Under the pieces are notes generated by a model. That model saw only the letters and a list, made by a program, of their open reading frames with translations. It did not search any database and had not been told where the DNA came from. From IMG/VR virus record IMGVR_UViG_2585427760_000005: a DNA stretch of 20,784 bases; one strand, written 5' to 3'. This DNA comes from a virus. Lineage: Duplodnaviria; Heunggongvirae; Uroviricota; Caudoviricetes. A program made the translations under genes and the position numbers. Below, one piece after another: positions 7,427-17,516 of the stretch (within the stretch, counting starts at the first letter, position 1; each line of letters opens with the position of its first letter).

Positions 7427-8618
7427 TTACTTATCCTCGATGGCGTCATACTCAAGCAAGTTATCCATACACTTCTCGAGTTTGTAGAAGTCGGTGAGGG
7501 GATAGAGGTGAACAATACTATCGTCAAAATTCTTGATCCCTGACAGGCGCTCAGTGCGTCTCAAAAACCTTGACGCTGACTTTACTTTGTCTCCCTCATC
7601 CGGCTCGCATGTGTATTCTAGTGTTTTGAGTACTTGCCAAGATACGGGAGGAGTTAGCTTAAACATTTTAATTAATTTTGGACAAAAATCCTTTGAGATA
7701 GTTTGTTGGTAAGTAACTTTTGGTGGGAGTACAACGTTGATTGACTTGTCTCCATCATTTGTTTTAACCATTTTAGTTGATCTGTAAGCGATACCAACAA
7801 TGTTAGAATTTCCTCGGCGGCTGATCCATTGCATTAATAAATTAGGGATGATGTATTCCTGAGTAAACGATGTGCTGCTATTTTTTTTTTCTAAAGTTAC
7901 AAGCATAAATTAAAGGCATCAAACAAATATATGACATTTTTGTAAGATATGGCATTTCGTCGTCATTAACTATGCCATAAAATCGTGAGTATAGAATTTC
8001 GGAAGTGAAGTCTAATATTTTAGAATCCTTTTCATTTGATGAGTAAGAGGATATATATAATTTATCAAAGTCTGGCTTATCCATTTCCAGCCAGCAGACA
8101 TACAAGGAAGAGCCAAGATATAAGCAGGGTAAGCCTGCAACAGAGTATCTTTGCGCATTGACTAGATGCCGCATAGAGAAAGGAATATGAAACATCTCTT
8201 TTCTATCTTTTATAGATGAGTCGGATTTTCTGACCCGGAAAAGAGGCTTGGATTCGTTGCATATCTTATTAAGTGGCGTGGATATGTGGTGAATATAACG
8301 AAATGTTGCATTGTCAGAAAATGTACTGTCAAAAATGTCATACGCTGATTTTATGTCACCAGATAAAAATTTTTCCAAGGAAAGTACTATGCCAAAATAT
8401 ATCTCACTTATTTTTTCTAAACGTCGGCCAATTCTCTTGGATAATTCATTGTCATTGTTTTCAGCATAGTCATTTATAATGTTGAAGTAGATTTGACATT
8501 TATTCTTGAAATCACTGATTATGTCGGACTCTACCGTAAATGGTAAGTTTAATCTTTTTTCTTTGACTGTAAGTGAAAATATTTTATTTAAGCCGTCAGA
8601 TAAACTCTCGCTTCCCAT
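7427..8618 (-). pseudogene. AT-rich gene with RES-domain-like motif (candidate NAD-targeting toxin/defense effector), split into 246-aa and 159-aa ORFs by a +1 frameshift in an A10 homopolymer (T10 at 7881-7890 on the + strand)
   Basis: ORFs 7878..8618 and 7427..7906 overlap by 29 nt in adjacent frames. ORF1 ends ...NFRKKK* inside the A10 run, and a run of A9 would read ...RKKNSSTSF... straight into ORF2 for a roughly 400-aa product. The motif FRVRKSD...RYSVAGLPCLYLGSSLYVCWLEM resembles the RES-domain core. An AAGGA RBS overlaps the stop codon of the upstream integrase. Confidence 0.45.
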
Positions 8619-8627
8619 TTTTTATCC

Positions 8628-9650
8628 TTACGAATAGTTTAATGAATGGAGTGGGTTCTTTGTCACCGCATCCTCAAGATGATCTGGTGCAAAATGGGCA
8701 TATATCATCGTCATTTTTATATCTGCATGGCCTAGGATATCGCGCAGCACAAGGATGTTTCCACCGTTCATCATAAAGTGGCTGGCGAAAGTATGTCGCA
8801 GTACGTGTGTGCATTGGCCCTCAGGTAAATCGATGCCTGCCCGTTTTACCGCACGCTCAAAGGCTTTTCTGCATGGCGTGAATAACTTCCCTCGATTCTT
8901 TGGTAGTTCGTCATACAGAGCCTGCGATATAGGTACGGTCCGGTTTTTCTTACCTTTGGTTTTGGTGTACGTGATTCGGTATTTTGATAACTGATGGCCC
9001 TGCAGGTTTTCGGCTTCACTCCAGCGGGCGCCGGTCGCTAAGCAAATTTTTGCAATCATCAGCAGGCTGGGGCTTTGAGAATTGGCGCAGGCATCCAGCA
9101 GGCGCTTAATTTCTTCCGGAGCAAGGAACGCCAGTTCACCTTCTGCGATCTTGAATGTTGGCAGTCCGGCGAGCGGGTTGGGTGCGGACCAGTGGCCCAG
9201 CTTTTTCAGCGTGCCAAAAACTGATGATAGGTTTCGCTGTTCCAGGTTTACCGTGCGGGGCTTAACCGGTGACATAAGCACGCCATCTTCATTTTTGACC
9301 TCACCTTTTAGGCGCGCTTCACGGTATTTAGTAAAGTCTCCAGCAGTCAGCTCTGAGGCAATGGGATCACCCAGTCCATTACAAATAATGCTGAGTTTCG
9401 CCATCAGGCGCTTAGGGTCCGCAAGAGTCTGCCCGTAAAGTGAATGCCATTGTTGAATCACTTCTGACAACTGACGCCTATCATCCTTTTCACCTAACCA
9501 TGGCTTTTTGTTCACTTCATCCATTGTGAAGTTTTCAAATGCTATAGCTTCGCCTTTCGTCGCAAATTGCTTGCGTACGCGTTTGCCATCGCGCCCGCTA
9601 GGGTAGCACTCGCACAACCATTTTCCGTTTGGCTGTTTTCTTATAGTCAT
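8628..9650 (-). CDS. int: Tyrosine integrase, P2/186-family phage type
   Basis: 340-aa product. N-terminus MTIRKQPNGKWLCECYPSGRDGKRVRKQFATKGEAIAFE and C-terminal ...ATGARWSEA...HVLRHTFASHFMMNGGNILVLRDILGHADIKMTMIYAHF follow the P2 Int pattern as recalled (P2 Int is 337 aa). Confidence 0.85.
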   Translation of the reverse strand: MTIRKQPNGKWLCECYPSGRDGKRVRKQFATKGEAIAFENFTMDEVNKKPWLGEKDDRRQLSEVIQQWHSLYGQTLADPKRLMAKLSIICNGLGDPIASELTAGDFTKYREARLKGEVKNEDGVLMSPVKPRTVNLEQRNLSSVFGTLKKLGHWSAPNPLAGLPTFKIAEGELAFLAPEEIKRLLDACANSQSPSLLMIAKICLATGARWSEAENLQGHQLSKYRITYTKTKGKKNRTVPISQALYDELPKNRGKLFTPCRKAFERAVKRAGIDLPEGQCTHVLRHTFASHFMMNGGNILVLRDILGHADIKMTMIYAHFAPDHLEDAVTKNPLHSLNYS

Positions 9651-9652
9651 GT

Positions 9653-10285
9653 TTAGAGGCTCTTGATCACTTTTACAGCACGTCCGATAGCTTCAATATC
9701 ATCTACTGAGCATTCAAACGAAGATTCATCCTGATGGACCGCTAATTTGTTTCCTGGAAGCCGTGTTAATTTCACGATGCTTTTAACCCCATCAATATCA
9801 ACGAGCCATAGTCCATTTGTAATCTGTTTCAGTGATTGATCGACTACATAACTTTCATGAGCATTGTTGACGAATAAACAGTGAACAGGTTCATTCGGGA
9901 GAATGCTGTGATCGAGGTGAATATCCTCATTATCAGTTAAGCAGCCATTTTCTAGCGTTACTTGCTTGATCGATGGCGCGACAAGCTTTGCAAGAGGTCG
10001 AATTGTAGGTGAGGTCTCATTTTGAGGTTTTTTTACAGCCTCGTTTTGAGCGTACATCTCACCATGGCCAGTAGCCAACCACAGTAAAGAAACCCCCGTT
10101 TCGAGCGCGCACTGAATTACCCAGTCAGCAGGGAAGCTATCACGTAACAGTCTGTTTGACATAGTGCTTTTTGAAACGCCAAGCTGCTCACTTAGAGCCT
10201 GCTTTGTCTTAAGCCCATAAGCCTTTTGCAGCCGATCGATAGCTTCTCTACCCCCTGAATCGGCACCCATTGAAATACTCGCCAT
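9653..10285 (-). CDS. cI: Phage CI-type immunity repressor (186 CI-like, HTH N-terminal domain)
   Basis: A GGAG RBS 7 nt upstream supports a start at 10285 (MASISMGADSGG...). The segment AYGLKTKQALSEQLGVSKSTMSNRL...CALETGVSLLWLATGHGE is HTH-like and resembles 186 CI. Located between int and a divergent apl-like gene. The track start at 10375 would run through the operator region. Confidence 0.7.
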   Translation of the reverse strand: MASISMGADSGGREAIDRLQKAYGLKTKQALSEQLGVSKSTMSNRLLRDSFPADWVIQCALETGVSLLWLATGHGEMYAQNEAVKKPQNETSPTIRPLAKLVAPSIKQVTLENGCLTDNEDIHLDHSILPNEPVHCLFVNNAHESYVVDQSLKQITNGLWLVDIDGVKSIVKLTRLPGNKLAVHQDESSFECSVDDIEAIGRAVKVIKSL

Positions 10286-10406
10286 TGAAAAACTCCGTTT
10301 GACAACCTTGAATCGGGATCGTAATGTTGCGTTGACTCTTGAATTGAGGTCTTGAGAGTCGACATAAAACGACATAAAACGAATCTAAACCGAGAGATAC
10401 TGCACT
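10286..10406. promoter_or_regulatory. Lysis-lysogeny switch region between divergent cI and apl-like genes; contains an exact 10-bp tandem direct repeat GACATAAAAC x2 (10361-10380)
   Basis: Intergenic region between the divergent repressor and early operon, with the tandem repeat visible in sequence. Promoter and operator positions were not resolved. Confidence 0.4.
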
Positions 10407-10652
10407 ATGAGCACTGAGATTTCAATTCGTGTACCAAAAGTGATAGCGACGCCAGCCGAATTTGCTGAATGGGAAGGCTATTCCCGTGGTTCGGTTTATC
10501 AGATGATTCATAACGGTAAACTGGCTAACTACATTGAAAAGAAAGAAAAAAACAAAGGCCGTGTATTCATCCTTTACCTTAAGTACAAAAAGGAGCAAGC
10601 GCGTAAAAACATGGACCAATCAGCCTTTAACTACAACGTAGTTGTCGGTTAG
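10407..10652 (+). CDS. Apl/Cox-like small excisionase-regulator (first gene of the early lytic operon)
   Basis: 81-aa ORF divergent from cI, basic C-terminal half, in the position of 186 apl / P2 cox. Confidence 0.55.
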   Translation: MSTEISIRVPKVIATPAEFAEWEGYSRGSVYQMIHNGKLANYIEKKEKNKGRVFILYLKYKKEQARKNMDQSAFNYNVVVG

Positions 10653-10687
10653 TAAGTTCAATTATGAGAACTTTCTAAGGGGGTTAC

Positions 10688-11197
10688 ATGTTTGATTATA
10701 AGATTTCCAAACATCCGCATTTTGACGACGCTTGCCGCGCTTTTGCGTTGCGTCACAACATGGCGAAGCTGGCAACCAGCGCCGGAATGAACGTCCAGAC
10801 TCTGCGCAACAAGTTGAACCCGGACCAGCCGCACCAACTGACGCCGCCGGAAATCTGGCTGCTGACTGATATCACTGAGGATTCCACGCTGGTTGATGGT
10901 TTCCTGGCCCAGATTCACTGCCTGCCGTGTGTGCCGCTGAATGAAGTGGCAAAAGAAAAAATGCCGCAGTACGTCCTCAAAGCCACTGCCGAGATCGGCC
11001 GTGTTGCTGCAAGTGCGGTTTCAGGTGTTCAACTGAACGCGACCACCCGCCGCCAGGTTGTTGAAAGCGTCAATTCTGTTACCCGTCTAATGGCTCTTAC
11101 CGCTATTTCACTGCAGGCGCGGTTACAAGCTAACCCGGCAATGGCCAGTGTTGTCGATACCGTGACGGGACTTGGCTCTTCGTTTGGGCTGAGCTGA
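10688..11197 (+). CDS. cII: CII-like regulatory protein (phage 186 CII type)
   Basis: 169-aa ORF with an AAGGGGG RBS, immediately after the apl-like gene. 186 CII is 169 aa as I recall. Call rests on synteny and size. Confidence 0.6.
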   Translation: MFDYKISKHPHFDDACRAFALRHNMAKLATSAGMNVQTLRNKLNPDQPHQLTPPEIWLLTDITEDSTLVDGFLAQIHCLPCVPLNEVAKEKMPQYVLKATAEIGRVAASAVSGVQLNATTRRQVVESVNSVTRLMALTAISLQARLQANPAMASVVDTVTGLGSSFGLS

Positions 11198-11198
11198 G

Positions 11199-11405
11199 GT
11201 GTATATGCTGAACAATGAACCATCTTTTGCATCACTGCTTGTTAAGCAAAGCCCGGCCCCGCACTACGGTCACGGCTGGATCTCTGGAACGGATGGCAAG
11301 CGCTGGCATCCATGCCGCTCGCAGGATGCGCTGCTGGCTGACCTGTCCACATCAAAACAGGGGAAACCATGGCTATTGAAGGCGATGCTGCGACTGTTCC
11401 GCTAA
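11199..11405 (+). CDS. Hypothetical small early protein (fil/dhr region of 186-like phages)
   Basis: 68-aa ORF with a GAGGTG RBS. Confidence 0.45.
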   Translation: MYMLNNEPSFASLLVKQSPAPHYGHGWISGTDGKRWHPCRSQDALLADLSTSKQGKPWLLKAMLRLFR

Positions 11406-11710
11406 GTGCTGGCCTCCGCCTTAATGGGTTAAACCACATCGCGGAATTAAGGGCGAAAGTGTTTGGCTTAAATACTGATTCAGAACTAGGGCGCTTTATT
11501 AGCGATATGCGGGACCAACGGGATATTAACCATGAGCAGAATAAACGCGCACTAGCCGCAATATTCTTTATGGCAAAAATTCCGGCGGAACGTCATAGCG
11601 TCAATGTTAGTGAGCTGACGACTGACGAAAAGCGGGAGCTGATTAAAGCAATGAACCATTTCCGTACAGTGGTGAGCTTATTTCCAACTCGGCTAGCCAT
11701 GCCGAATTAA
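11369..11710 (+). CDS. Hypothetical early protein
   Basis: 113-aa ORF overlapping the previous ORF by 37 nt in another frame. Start is uncertain. Confidence 0.4.
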   Translation: MAIEGDAATVPLSAGLRLNGLNHIAELRAKVFGLNTDSELGRFISDMRDQRDINHEQNKRALAAIFFMAKIPAERHSVNVSELTTDEKRELIKAMNHFRTVVSLFPTRLAMPN

Positions 11711-11777
11711 CCAACCACAGAAATTAAAGGCGTAAACCCGCCGGGCATTCCTTTGCTCAAATTCAGGAGAACGAACG

Positions 11778-12011
11778 ATGCGAAATATTGAAACCCGAAT
11801 CACCAAAAGCGGCCCAGATGATGCTGGCCTTAACCAGCTGCTGACGGATGCGCGTATGGAAGAACGCCGCGCACGTGCTGCTGCAATGGCTGCCCGCCTC
11901 GATAGCCTGGCTAGCCGTATTACTTCCCGTCAGCTTAACCATGTTGAGGCGGCAGAGCTGCTGCGTGTCGCAGCTGAAAACATCCAGAACGAAGCGCAGG
12001 AGATCCACTGA
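11778..12011 (+). CDS. Hypothetical early protein (Ala/Arg-rich, probably helical)
   Basis: 77-aa ORF with an AGGAG RBS. Its stop overlaps the next start (TGATG). Confidence 0.5.
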   Translation: MRNIETRITKSGPDDAGLNQLLTDARMEERRARAAAMAARLDSLASRITSRQLNHVEAAELLRVAAENIQNEAQEIH

Positions 12012-12238
12012 TGGCTGATTCTATGGACCTTGTACAGCAGCGCGTTGAAGAAGAACGCCAGTGCCATATCCACCACGCCCGCAGCCGAAAGGCTGGGGCT
12101 TCTTCTCTTGAGTGCGAGAGCTGCGAAATTGTCATTCCGGCAGAACGCCGTGCTGCAGTTCCGGGCTGTGATCTTTGCGTAACCTGCCAGGAAATTGCAG
12201 AGCTGAAAGGCAAGCATTACGTAGGGGGTGCTGTATGA
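12011..12238 (+). CDS. TraR/DksA-family C4 zinc-finger protein
   Basis: 75-aa product with CxxC...CxxC (CESCEIVIPAERRAAVPGCDLCVTCQE), the pattern of phage TraR-like proteins. Confidence 0.6.
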   Translation: MADSMDLVQQRVEEERQCHIHHARSRKAGASSLECESCEIVIPAERRAAVPGCDLCVTCQEIAELKGKHYVGGAV

Positions 12239-12519
12239 CTACCGAGAAACTGACTAATCCGCTGACTGATAGCGAATTATCGCGACTGATTTGGGGCCTG
12301 AAAGCGGAAGGGTTTCACCCGCGCCTATTGGCTGGCTTAGTAGAGCTGCAGCAGCGCCGTCAGGCCAATGCAGAGATTGATATGGCACCAATAAAAATTC
12401 CTCCTGCCGTATTCGATTTGATTTATCAGGAATGCGAGGGGTTTGTAGATTGTCCAGCCAATCCTCAAGTGATTTGGGAAGCCTGCCGTGCAGCGATGCT
12501 GAAAGGCGGTGCTGAATGA
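12235..12519 (+). CDS. Hypothetical early protein
   Basis: ATG at 12235 overlaps the upstream stop (ATGA). About 94 aa. The track start at 12175 lies inside the previous gene. Confidence 0.5.
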   Translation: MTTEKLTNPLTDSELSRLIWGLKAEGFHPRLLAGLVELQQRRQANAEIDMAPIKIPPAVFDLIYQECEGFVDCPANPQVIWEACRAAMLKGGAE

Positions 12520-12815
12520 ATATCAAAGCCCATACCTTAAAAATTGCACCGAAACACCTTAATGATGTTATGGCGGGGAAAAAAAAAGCTGAATTAAGAC
12601 GGGATGATGATCGCGGTTATAAAGCCGGTGATGTTCTTGTTTTGTGTGAATGGAAACATGGCAAATATACCGGGCGCGAATGGACGGCTGTAATCACTCA
12701 TATCCTGCCAGTTTGCGACGTTATTAATAATGTTGATGGCTGGGTGATGCTCTCTATTCGTTCACTGAATCCAATTGATGCAATGTTCTATATGCTTTCA
12801 GGAGGTGCTGCATGA
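12516..12815 (+). CDS. DUF3850/ASCH-like small protein
   Basis: 99-aa ORF, ATGA-coupled to its neighbours. The pattern [24 protein letters not shown]...GDVLVLCEW resembles DUF3850 (ASCH-fold) proteins. Confidence 0.45.
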   Translation: MNIKAHTLKIAPKHLNDVMAGKKKAELRRDDDRGYKAGDVLVLCEWKHGKYTGREWTAVITHILPVCDVINNVDGWVMLSIRSLNPIDAMFYMLSGGAA

Positions 12816-13657
12816 GCACCATCCTGAAATGGGCTGGCAATAAAACTGCCATCATGCCGGAATTGAAAAAACATCTGCCAGCAGGCCAGCGCCTTGTTGA
12901 ACCTTTCGCGGGTTCGTGCGCTGTCATGATGGCGACAGACTATCCTCATTATCTTGTCGCAGATGTTAATCCTGATCTGATAAATCTGTATCAAGCAATT
13001 AAAGATGACGTTAACGGATTTGCTCACTTGGCTGAGCGGGTTTTTTCTAAGTTCACAACGGAAGAAGCCTATTATAAATGCCGTCAGTATTTTAATACTG
13101 CGCCTTTGGATTACATGGACAAGGCGGCTTATTTTCTTTTCCTTAATCGCCATTGTTATCGCGGGTTATGCCGTTATAACCAGCGCGGCCTGTTTAACGT
13201 CCCGTACGGTAATTACAAAAAACCTTATCTGCCCGTTAATGAAATACGTGCATTTGCCGAAAAGGCAAAGCGTGCCACCTTCATTTGCGCCAACTATGAG
13301 GAAACATTGGCAATGCTGCAGCCGGGGGATGTTATCTACTGCGACCCTCCGTATGACGGTACATTTTCCACTTACCACACTGACGGATTTACTGAGGATG
13401 ATCAGTATCATCTGGCGTCTATCCTTGAACGTCGCTCATCAGAAGGTCATCCGGTCATCGTGTCCAATAGCGACACATCCCTGACCCGTTCACTTTATCG
13501 TAATTTTACCCACCATCGCATCACTGCAAAACGCAGCATGGGCGTGGCTGCCGGTGAAGGTAAATCTGCAGCTGAAATCATCGCGACGAAATCAGCTGTT
13601 TGCTTCGGTGTAGATCTTGCCAGCTGTACAAACCGTTATGTTGAGGTGCGCGTATGA
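12812..13657 (+). CDS. dam: DNA adenine methyltransferase, Dam family (orphan, phage-encoded)
   Basis: 281 aa with [48 protein letters not shown] and the catalytic DPPY motif ([10 protein letters not shown]), collinear with E. coli Dam. Confidence 0.88.
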   Translation: MSTILKWAGNKTAIMPELKKHLPAGQRLVEPFAGSCAVMMATDYPHYLVADVNPDLINLYQAIKDDVNGFAHLAERVFSKFTTEEAYYKCRQYFNTAPLDYMDKAAYFLFLNRHCYRGLCRYNQRGLFNVPYGNYKKPYLPVNEIRAFAEKAKRATFICANYEETLAMLQPGDVIYCDPPYDGTFSTYHTDGFTEDDQYHLASILERRSSEGHPVIVSNSDTSLTRSLYRNFTHHRITAKRSMGVAAGEGKSAAEIIATKSAVCFGVDLASCTNRYVEVRV

Positions 13658-14973
13658 ACCATTCCGCAGCAGTAATTGTGCCTACAGATATCAGTGTGAT
13701 GGTTCGTGAAATAGAGGTTTCATACAACCACTTTCTGAATGAATTTCGTATTCCAGCTGATCACAAAATTGTCGTTAACTTCTCTGCCGGAAAAGACAGC
13801 ACGACAACAGCGGCAATTGCACATCATCTTTTTGGTGATCGCGTACAAAACGTAATGGCTGATACAGACAATGAACATGAATTAACCGTCGACTTTGCGC
13901 GAAATATTCATCATCAAATTGGTTGTAAGCCTGTGCAGATAGTTAAGCGTATATACACCGAGGTTGAATTTGAACGTCGCCGTAAATCGCTTAATGAGCG
14001 CTGGTCAAAGCGTCAGGCGATCCGCATGGGCGCTTATCGTGGCGTAATTATGCCATCACTGGCGAGATCAGATACCAAATTTGGTCAGGAATGGCTACGT
14101 ACTGCTGAACGCTGGGGGATTCAGTTTGAAACGGCTCTGGAGGCTGCTCTTTCAGTCATGCACCCGACTGGTAATAGCTTTCTCGATGCCGCTCTGTTGC
14201 ACGGCAAATTCCCGATGATGCGCGATCGCTTTTGTACTGATGAACTCAAGATTCAAATCGCGTTCGATGCGGCAATAAAACCACTTCTTGATGATGGTGA
14301 GGTGGTCGTTCAGTGGTCTGGAGTGCGTGCAGATGAGTCCGACAAACGCGCCGGTTACGCAAGATTTGCACACGATGAACGCGATCCAAACTTTCTCTAT
14401 AACTTCCTGCCAATCCATAAATGGACGGCGGCTAATGTTTTCGCCTTACATAAATATTTCGGTATTAAACCAAACCCACTTTACCTGCAAGGCGCTGACC
14501 GTGTTGGCTGCATGAACTGTGTTTTATGTACCAAAGAAGAAATTGCGCAGACTGCAGCACGCTGGCCTGAGCATATCGAAAAACATCATGAGTGGGAGAA
14601 AAAAGTACGGCTGGCATCGCGCTGGGTTCACTGGATGAGCATCGGCACAGTTAGCCAGTCATGGATGCGTGCTCAGTTAGGCGTTAGAGATGTTATCCGG
14701 TTTGAACTCGATGAAGTGACGGGAGAGGAAGTAGCGCGACGTAGGCGCTATCCAGTCAATCTAGGCCAGAATGTGAAACTGTATGGACTGGAGCCAGATG
14801 TTCAGCACATCGACTGGTCAGGATTCTATGGTCCGCGTGGAAATATGGGGGCTCCGTCAGCGCTTGATGTTGTCGAATGGGCCAAGACTGGTCGTGGTGG
14901 CAAGGTCTACGACTTAGTCAAAGCCAGTATGGACACTTCAGTGTGCTCATCACGATATGGTCTTTGTGAATGA
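13654..14973 (+). CDS. PAPS-reductase-like (PP-loop ATP pyrophosphatase superfamily) protein, phage-encoded; possible DNA-modification enzyme
   Basis: 439 aa with the PP-loop motif [10 protein letters not shown] near the N-terminus and a cysteine cluster (CMNCVLC) later. ATGA-coupled to dam upstream and to gene A downstream. Confidence 0.65.
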   Translation: MNHSAAVIVPTDISVMVREIEVSYNHFLNEFRIPADHKIVVNFSAGKDSTTTAAIAHHLFGDRVQNVMADTDNEHELTVDFARNIHHQIGCKPVQIVKRIYTEVEFERRRKSLNERWSKRQAIRMGAYRGVIMPSLARSDTKFGQEWLRTAERWGIQFETALEAALSVMHPTGNSFLDAALLHGKFPMMRDRFCTDELKIQIAFDAAIKPLLDDGEVVVQWSGVRADESDKRAGYARFAHDERDPNFLYNFLPIHKWTAANVFALHKYFGIKPNPLYLQGADRVGCMNCVLCTKEEIAQTAARWPEHIEKHHEWEKKVRLASRWVHWMSIGTVSQSWMRAQLGVRDVIRFELDEVTGEEVARRRRYPVNLGQNVKLYGLEPDVQHIDWSGFYGPRGNMGAPSALDVVEWAKTGRGGKVYDLVKASMDTSVCSSRYGLCE

Positions 14974-17387
14974 GCTTTTATCCATGGAACGCGCCAAAAA
15001 AGGCGATAAATCCAAACACGGACCCGGCGGAAGTTGCGCCGGTGTCCGCGCTTTCAAACCTGATTACTCTGTATGCCGCTGATAATGAGCAGAACCAGCA
15101 GCGCCGGGAAGAAATGAGTGATGAGGTCTGGGAACGCTATTTTTATAACGAAGCCCGTGATCCAGTTCTGCGTGAAATGGAGCAGGACCGGCTGATCAGT
15201 GGTGCCAAAATGGCACGCGAGCAGCAGAGGTTTAACCCCGATCTGGTCATTCTGGCAGATGTAAGCGCCGAACCATCACACATCAGCAAACCTCTGCTTG
15301 AGCGCATTAAATATTTCCATAGTCTGGGCCGTCCACAGGCTTATTCCCGTTATCTGCGTGAAACCATCAAGCCATGCCTTGAACGGCTGGCGCGTGCGCG
15401 TGACAGCCAGGTGTCTGCTTCATTCCGATTCATGGCTAGCCATGAAGGGCTGGAAGGGCTGCTGGTTCTGCCTGAAATGAATCAGGATCAGGTCAAACGC
15501 CTATCCACGCTGGTTGCGGCTCATATGAGCATGTGTCTGGAAGCTGCCTGCGGTGATCTCTATTCCACTGACGAAGTGAAGCCGGAAGAAATCCGCCAGG
15601 CGTGGGAACAGGTTGCAGCGGAGGCGATGCGCCTTGATGTTATCCCGCCAGCGTTTGAGCGTCTGCGCCGTAAGAAACGCCGCCGCAAGCCTGTGCCATA
15701 TGAGCTTATTCCCGGTTCGCTGGCGCGTATGCTGTGCGCGGACTGGTGGTATCGCAAATTGTGGCAGATGCGCTGTGAATGGCGCGAGGAGCATCTGCGC
15801 GCGGTATGTCTGGTTAACAAAAAGGCATCGCCGTACGTTAGCTATGAGGCGGTGATCCATAAGCGTGAGCAGCGCCGCAAATCGCTGGAGTTTTTCCGTT
15901 CGCATGAACTGACCAATGAGCAGGGTGATACGCTGGATCTGGAAGATGTGGTAAACGCCAGCGCCAGCAACCCGGCCCATCGCCGTAACGAGATGATGGC
16001 CTGTGTGAAAGGGCTGGAGCTGATCGCGGAAATGCGCGGCGACTGTGCTGTATTTTACACCATCACTTGCCCGTCACGCTTCCACGCCACGCTCAACAAT
16101 GGCAGGCCAAATCCGAAATGGACCAGCGCCACAGTACGACAGAGCAGTGATTATCTGGTTGATACGTTCGCGGCTTTCCGTAAGGCCATGCATAAAGTCG
16201 GGTTGCGCTGGTACGGTGTGCGAGTGGCTGAGCCTCATCATGATGGCACTGTGCACTGGCACCTGCTGTGCTTTATGCGCAAGAAACACCGCAAAGCTAT
16301 CACGGAACTGCTGCGCAAGTTTGCCATTCGTGAGGATCGCGAGGAGCTGGGAAACAATACCGGGCCGCGCTTTAAGTCCGAGCTAATCAATCCGCGCAAA
16401 GGCACGCCAACCAGCTACATCGCTAAATACATCAGTAAGAATATTGATGGGCGCGGCCTGGCTAATGAAGTCAGCAAGGAAACCGGCAAATCATTACGCG
16501 ATAACGCGGAGAACGTGAACGCCTGGGCATCACTGCACCGCGTCCAGCAATTCCGCTTTTTCGGTATTCCAGGTCGCCAGGCTTACCGCGAGCTGCGCCT
16601 GCTGGCGGGCCAGGCTAAACGCGACCTTCCGCCATTAAAACCCGTTCCCGGGAAACCTGAATTGACGCCAGAGATTCTGGCGGCCCTTGCAAATGCGCGG
16701 CCTGTTATCGGCAATCCGCGTCTTGATGCTGTGCTGGCTGCGGCTGATGCCGGTTGCTTTGCCACTTACATCATGGCGCAGGGCGGCGTGCTGGTCCCTC
16801 GCAAACATCACCTGGTCAGAACGGCCTATGAGCTGAACGATGAGCCGAGCGCCTACGGCGATCATGGTATCCGTATTTATGGCGTCTGGTCCCCTATTCA
16901 GGAAGGGCGAATTTGTACGCACGCGGTGAAATGGAAAATGGTTCGTAAGGCCGTTGACGTTGACCTGCCGGAGGCGTCAGCCGACCAGGGCGCTTGCGCC
17001 CCTTGGACTCGTGGCAATAACTATCCCCTTGTGGAAAATCTGAACAATTCAGACGCTGAAACAGGGGGGAATACTCCAGATATAACCGTTATGGATGAGC
17101 AGGAACTGCAGGAGTATCTGCACGGCATGGGAAGAAAAGAGCTTAAAGAGCTAAACACCCGTTTACGCCTGGTAAAACCGAAGCGCCGCAAAGGATATAA
17201 ACAGGAAATTGACGGGCAACAGCGGCTGCAGCTGGGTTATGAGCTGCAGTCCAGGGGCTTTGATGGCAGTGACAACGAGATCGATTTGCTTCTGAGTGGC
17301 GGCAGTATTCCATCCGGGGCAGGGCTGCGCCTTTTTTACCGTAACCAGCGGCTGCAGGAAGATGATAAATGGCGTCAGTGGTATTGA
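14970..17387 (+). CDS. Replication initiation endonuclease (P2 gpA family, rolling-circle nickase)
   Basis: 805-aa ORF as the last gene of the coupled early operon. Contains the paired-tyrosine motif YIAKYISK (Y-x3-Y), typical of P2 A-type nickases. Size is comparable to P2 A (761 aa). Confidence 0.8.
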   Translation: MSFYPWNAPKKAINPNTDPAEVAPVSALSNLITLYAADNEQNQQRREEMSDEVWERYFYNEARDPVLREMEQDRLISGAKMAREQQRFNPDLVILADVSAEPSHISKPLLERIKYFHSLGRPQAYSRYLRETIKPCLERLARARDSQVSASFRFMASHEGLEGLLVLPEMNQDQVKRLSTLVAAHMSMCLEAACGDLYSTDEVKPEEIRQAWEQVAAEAMRLDVIPPAFERLRRKKRRRKPVPYELIPGSLARMLCADWWYRKLWQMRCEWREEHLRAVCLVNKKASPYVSYEAVIHKREQRRKSLEFFRSHELTNEQGDTLDLEDVVNASASNPAHRRNEMMACVKGLELIAEMRGDCAVFYTITCPSRFHATLNNGRPNPKWTSATVRQSSDYLVDTFAAFRKAMHKVGLRWYGVRVAEPHHDGTVHWHLLCFMRKKHRKAITELLRKFAIREDREELGNNTGPRFKSELINPRKGTPTSYIAKYISKNIDGRGLANEVSKETGKSLRDNAENVNAWASLHRVQQFRFFGIPGRQAYRELRLLAGQAKRDLPPLKPVPGKPELTPEILAALANARPVIGNPRLDAVLAAADAGCFATYIMAQGGVLVPRKHHLVRTAYELNDEPSAYGDHGIRIYGVWSPIQEGRICTHAVKWKMVRKAVDVDLPEASADQGACAPWTRGNNYPLVENLNNSDAETGGNTPDITVMDEQELQEYLHGMGRKELKELNTRLRLVKPKRRKGYKQEIDGQQRLQLGYELQSRGFDGSDNEIDLLLSGGSIPSGAGLRLFYRNQRLQEDDKWRQWY

Positions 17388-17465
17388 TTTTACTGACGAT
17401 TTGATCGCCATCAGAACTATCTACTTGAAACTAAAAAAGAGTTTTACAATTCGAAATAACAGTTA

Positions 17466-17485
17466 TACTGTATATGTATACAGTA
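17466..17485 (+). promoter_or_regulatory. LexA (SOS) box TACTGTATATGTATACAGTA overlapping a putative promoter (TTTACA at 17443-17448, TATACT at 17464-17469)
   Basis: CTGT-N8-ACAG palindrome with 19 of 20 matches to the consensus TACTGTATATATATACAGTA, located about 30 nt upstream of a strong RBS (AGGAGG) and the ATG at 17517. Confidence 0.65.
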
Positions 17486-17516
17486 TTTGTTGGTGGTAGT
17501 AGAGATAGGAGGGAAA

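Noticed and set aside
7266-7650. Possible complete tmRNA (ssrA) gene
   Set aside because: Only the 3'-terminal 45 nt match tmRNA. Sequence beyond 7310 is AT-rich and unrelated, so this is an att-core duplicate, not an RNA gene.
7881-7890. T10 run as a rho-independent terminator T-tract
   Set aside because: No preceding GC-rich hairpin, and the run lies within the overlap of two coding frames. Interpreted as a frameshift-prone homopolymer instead.
9653-10375. Long form of the CI-like ORF (240 aa) starting at 10375
   Set aside because: Its first 30 codons run through the operator region containing the tandem repeat and have no RBS. An internal ATG at 10285 with a GGAG RBS gives a repressor of typical size.
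15501-15980. Several antisense or alternative-frame ORFs inside the replication gene A (15501..15980, 15560..15820, 15613..15855, 16045..16386, 16074..16289, 16583..16922)
   Set aside because: Fully embedded in a long, well-supported coding frame within a GC-rich stretch where spurious ORFs are expected. No independent RBS or motif support.
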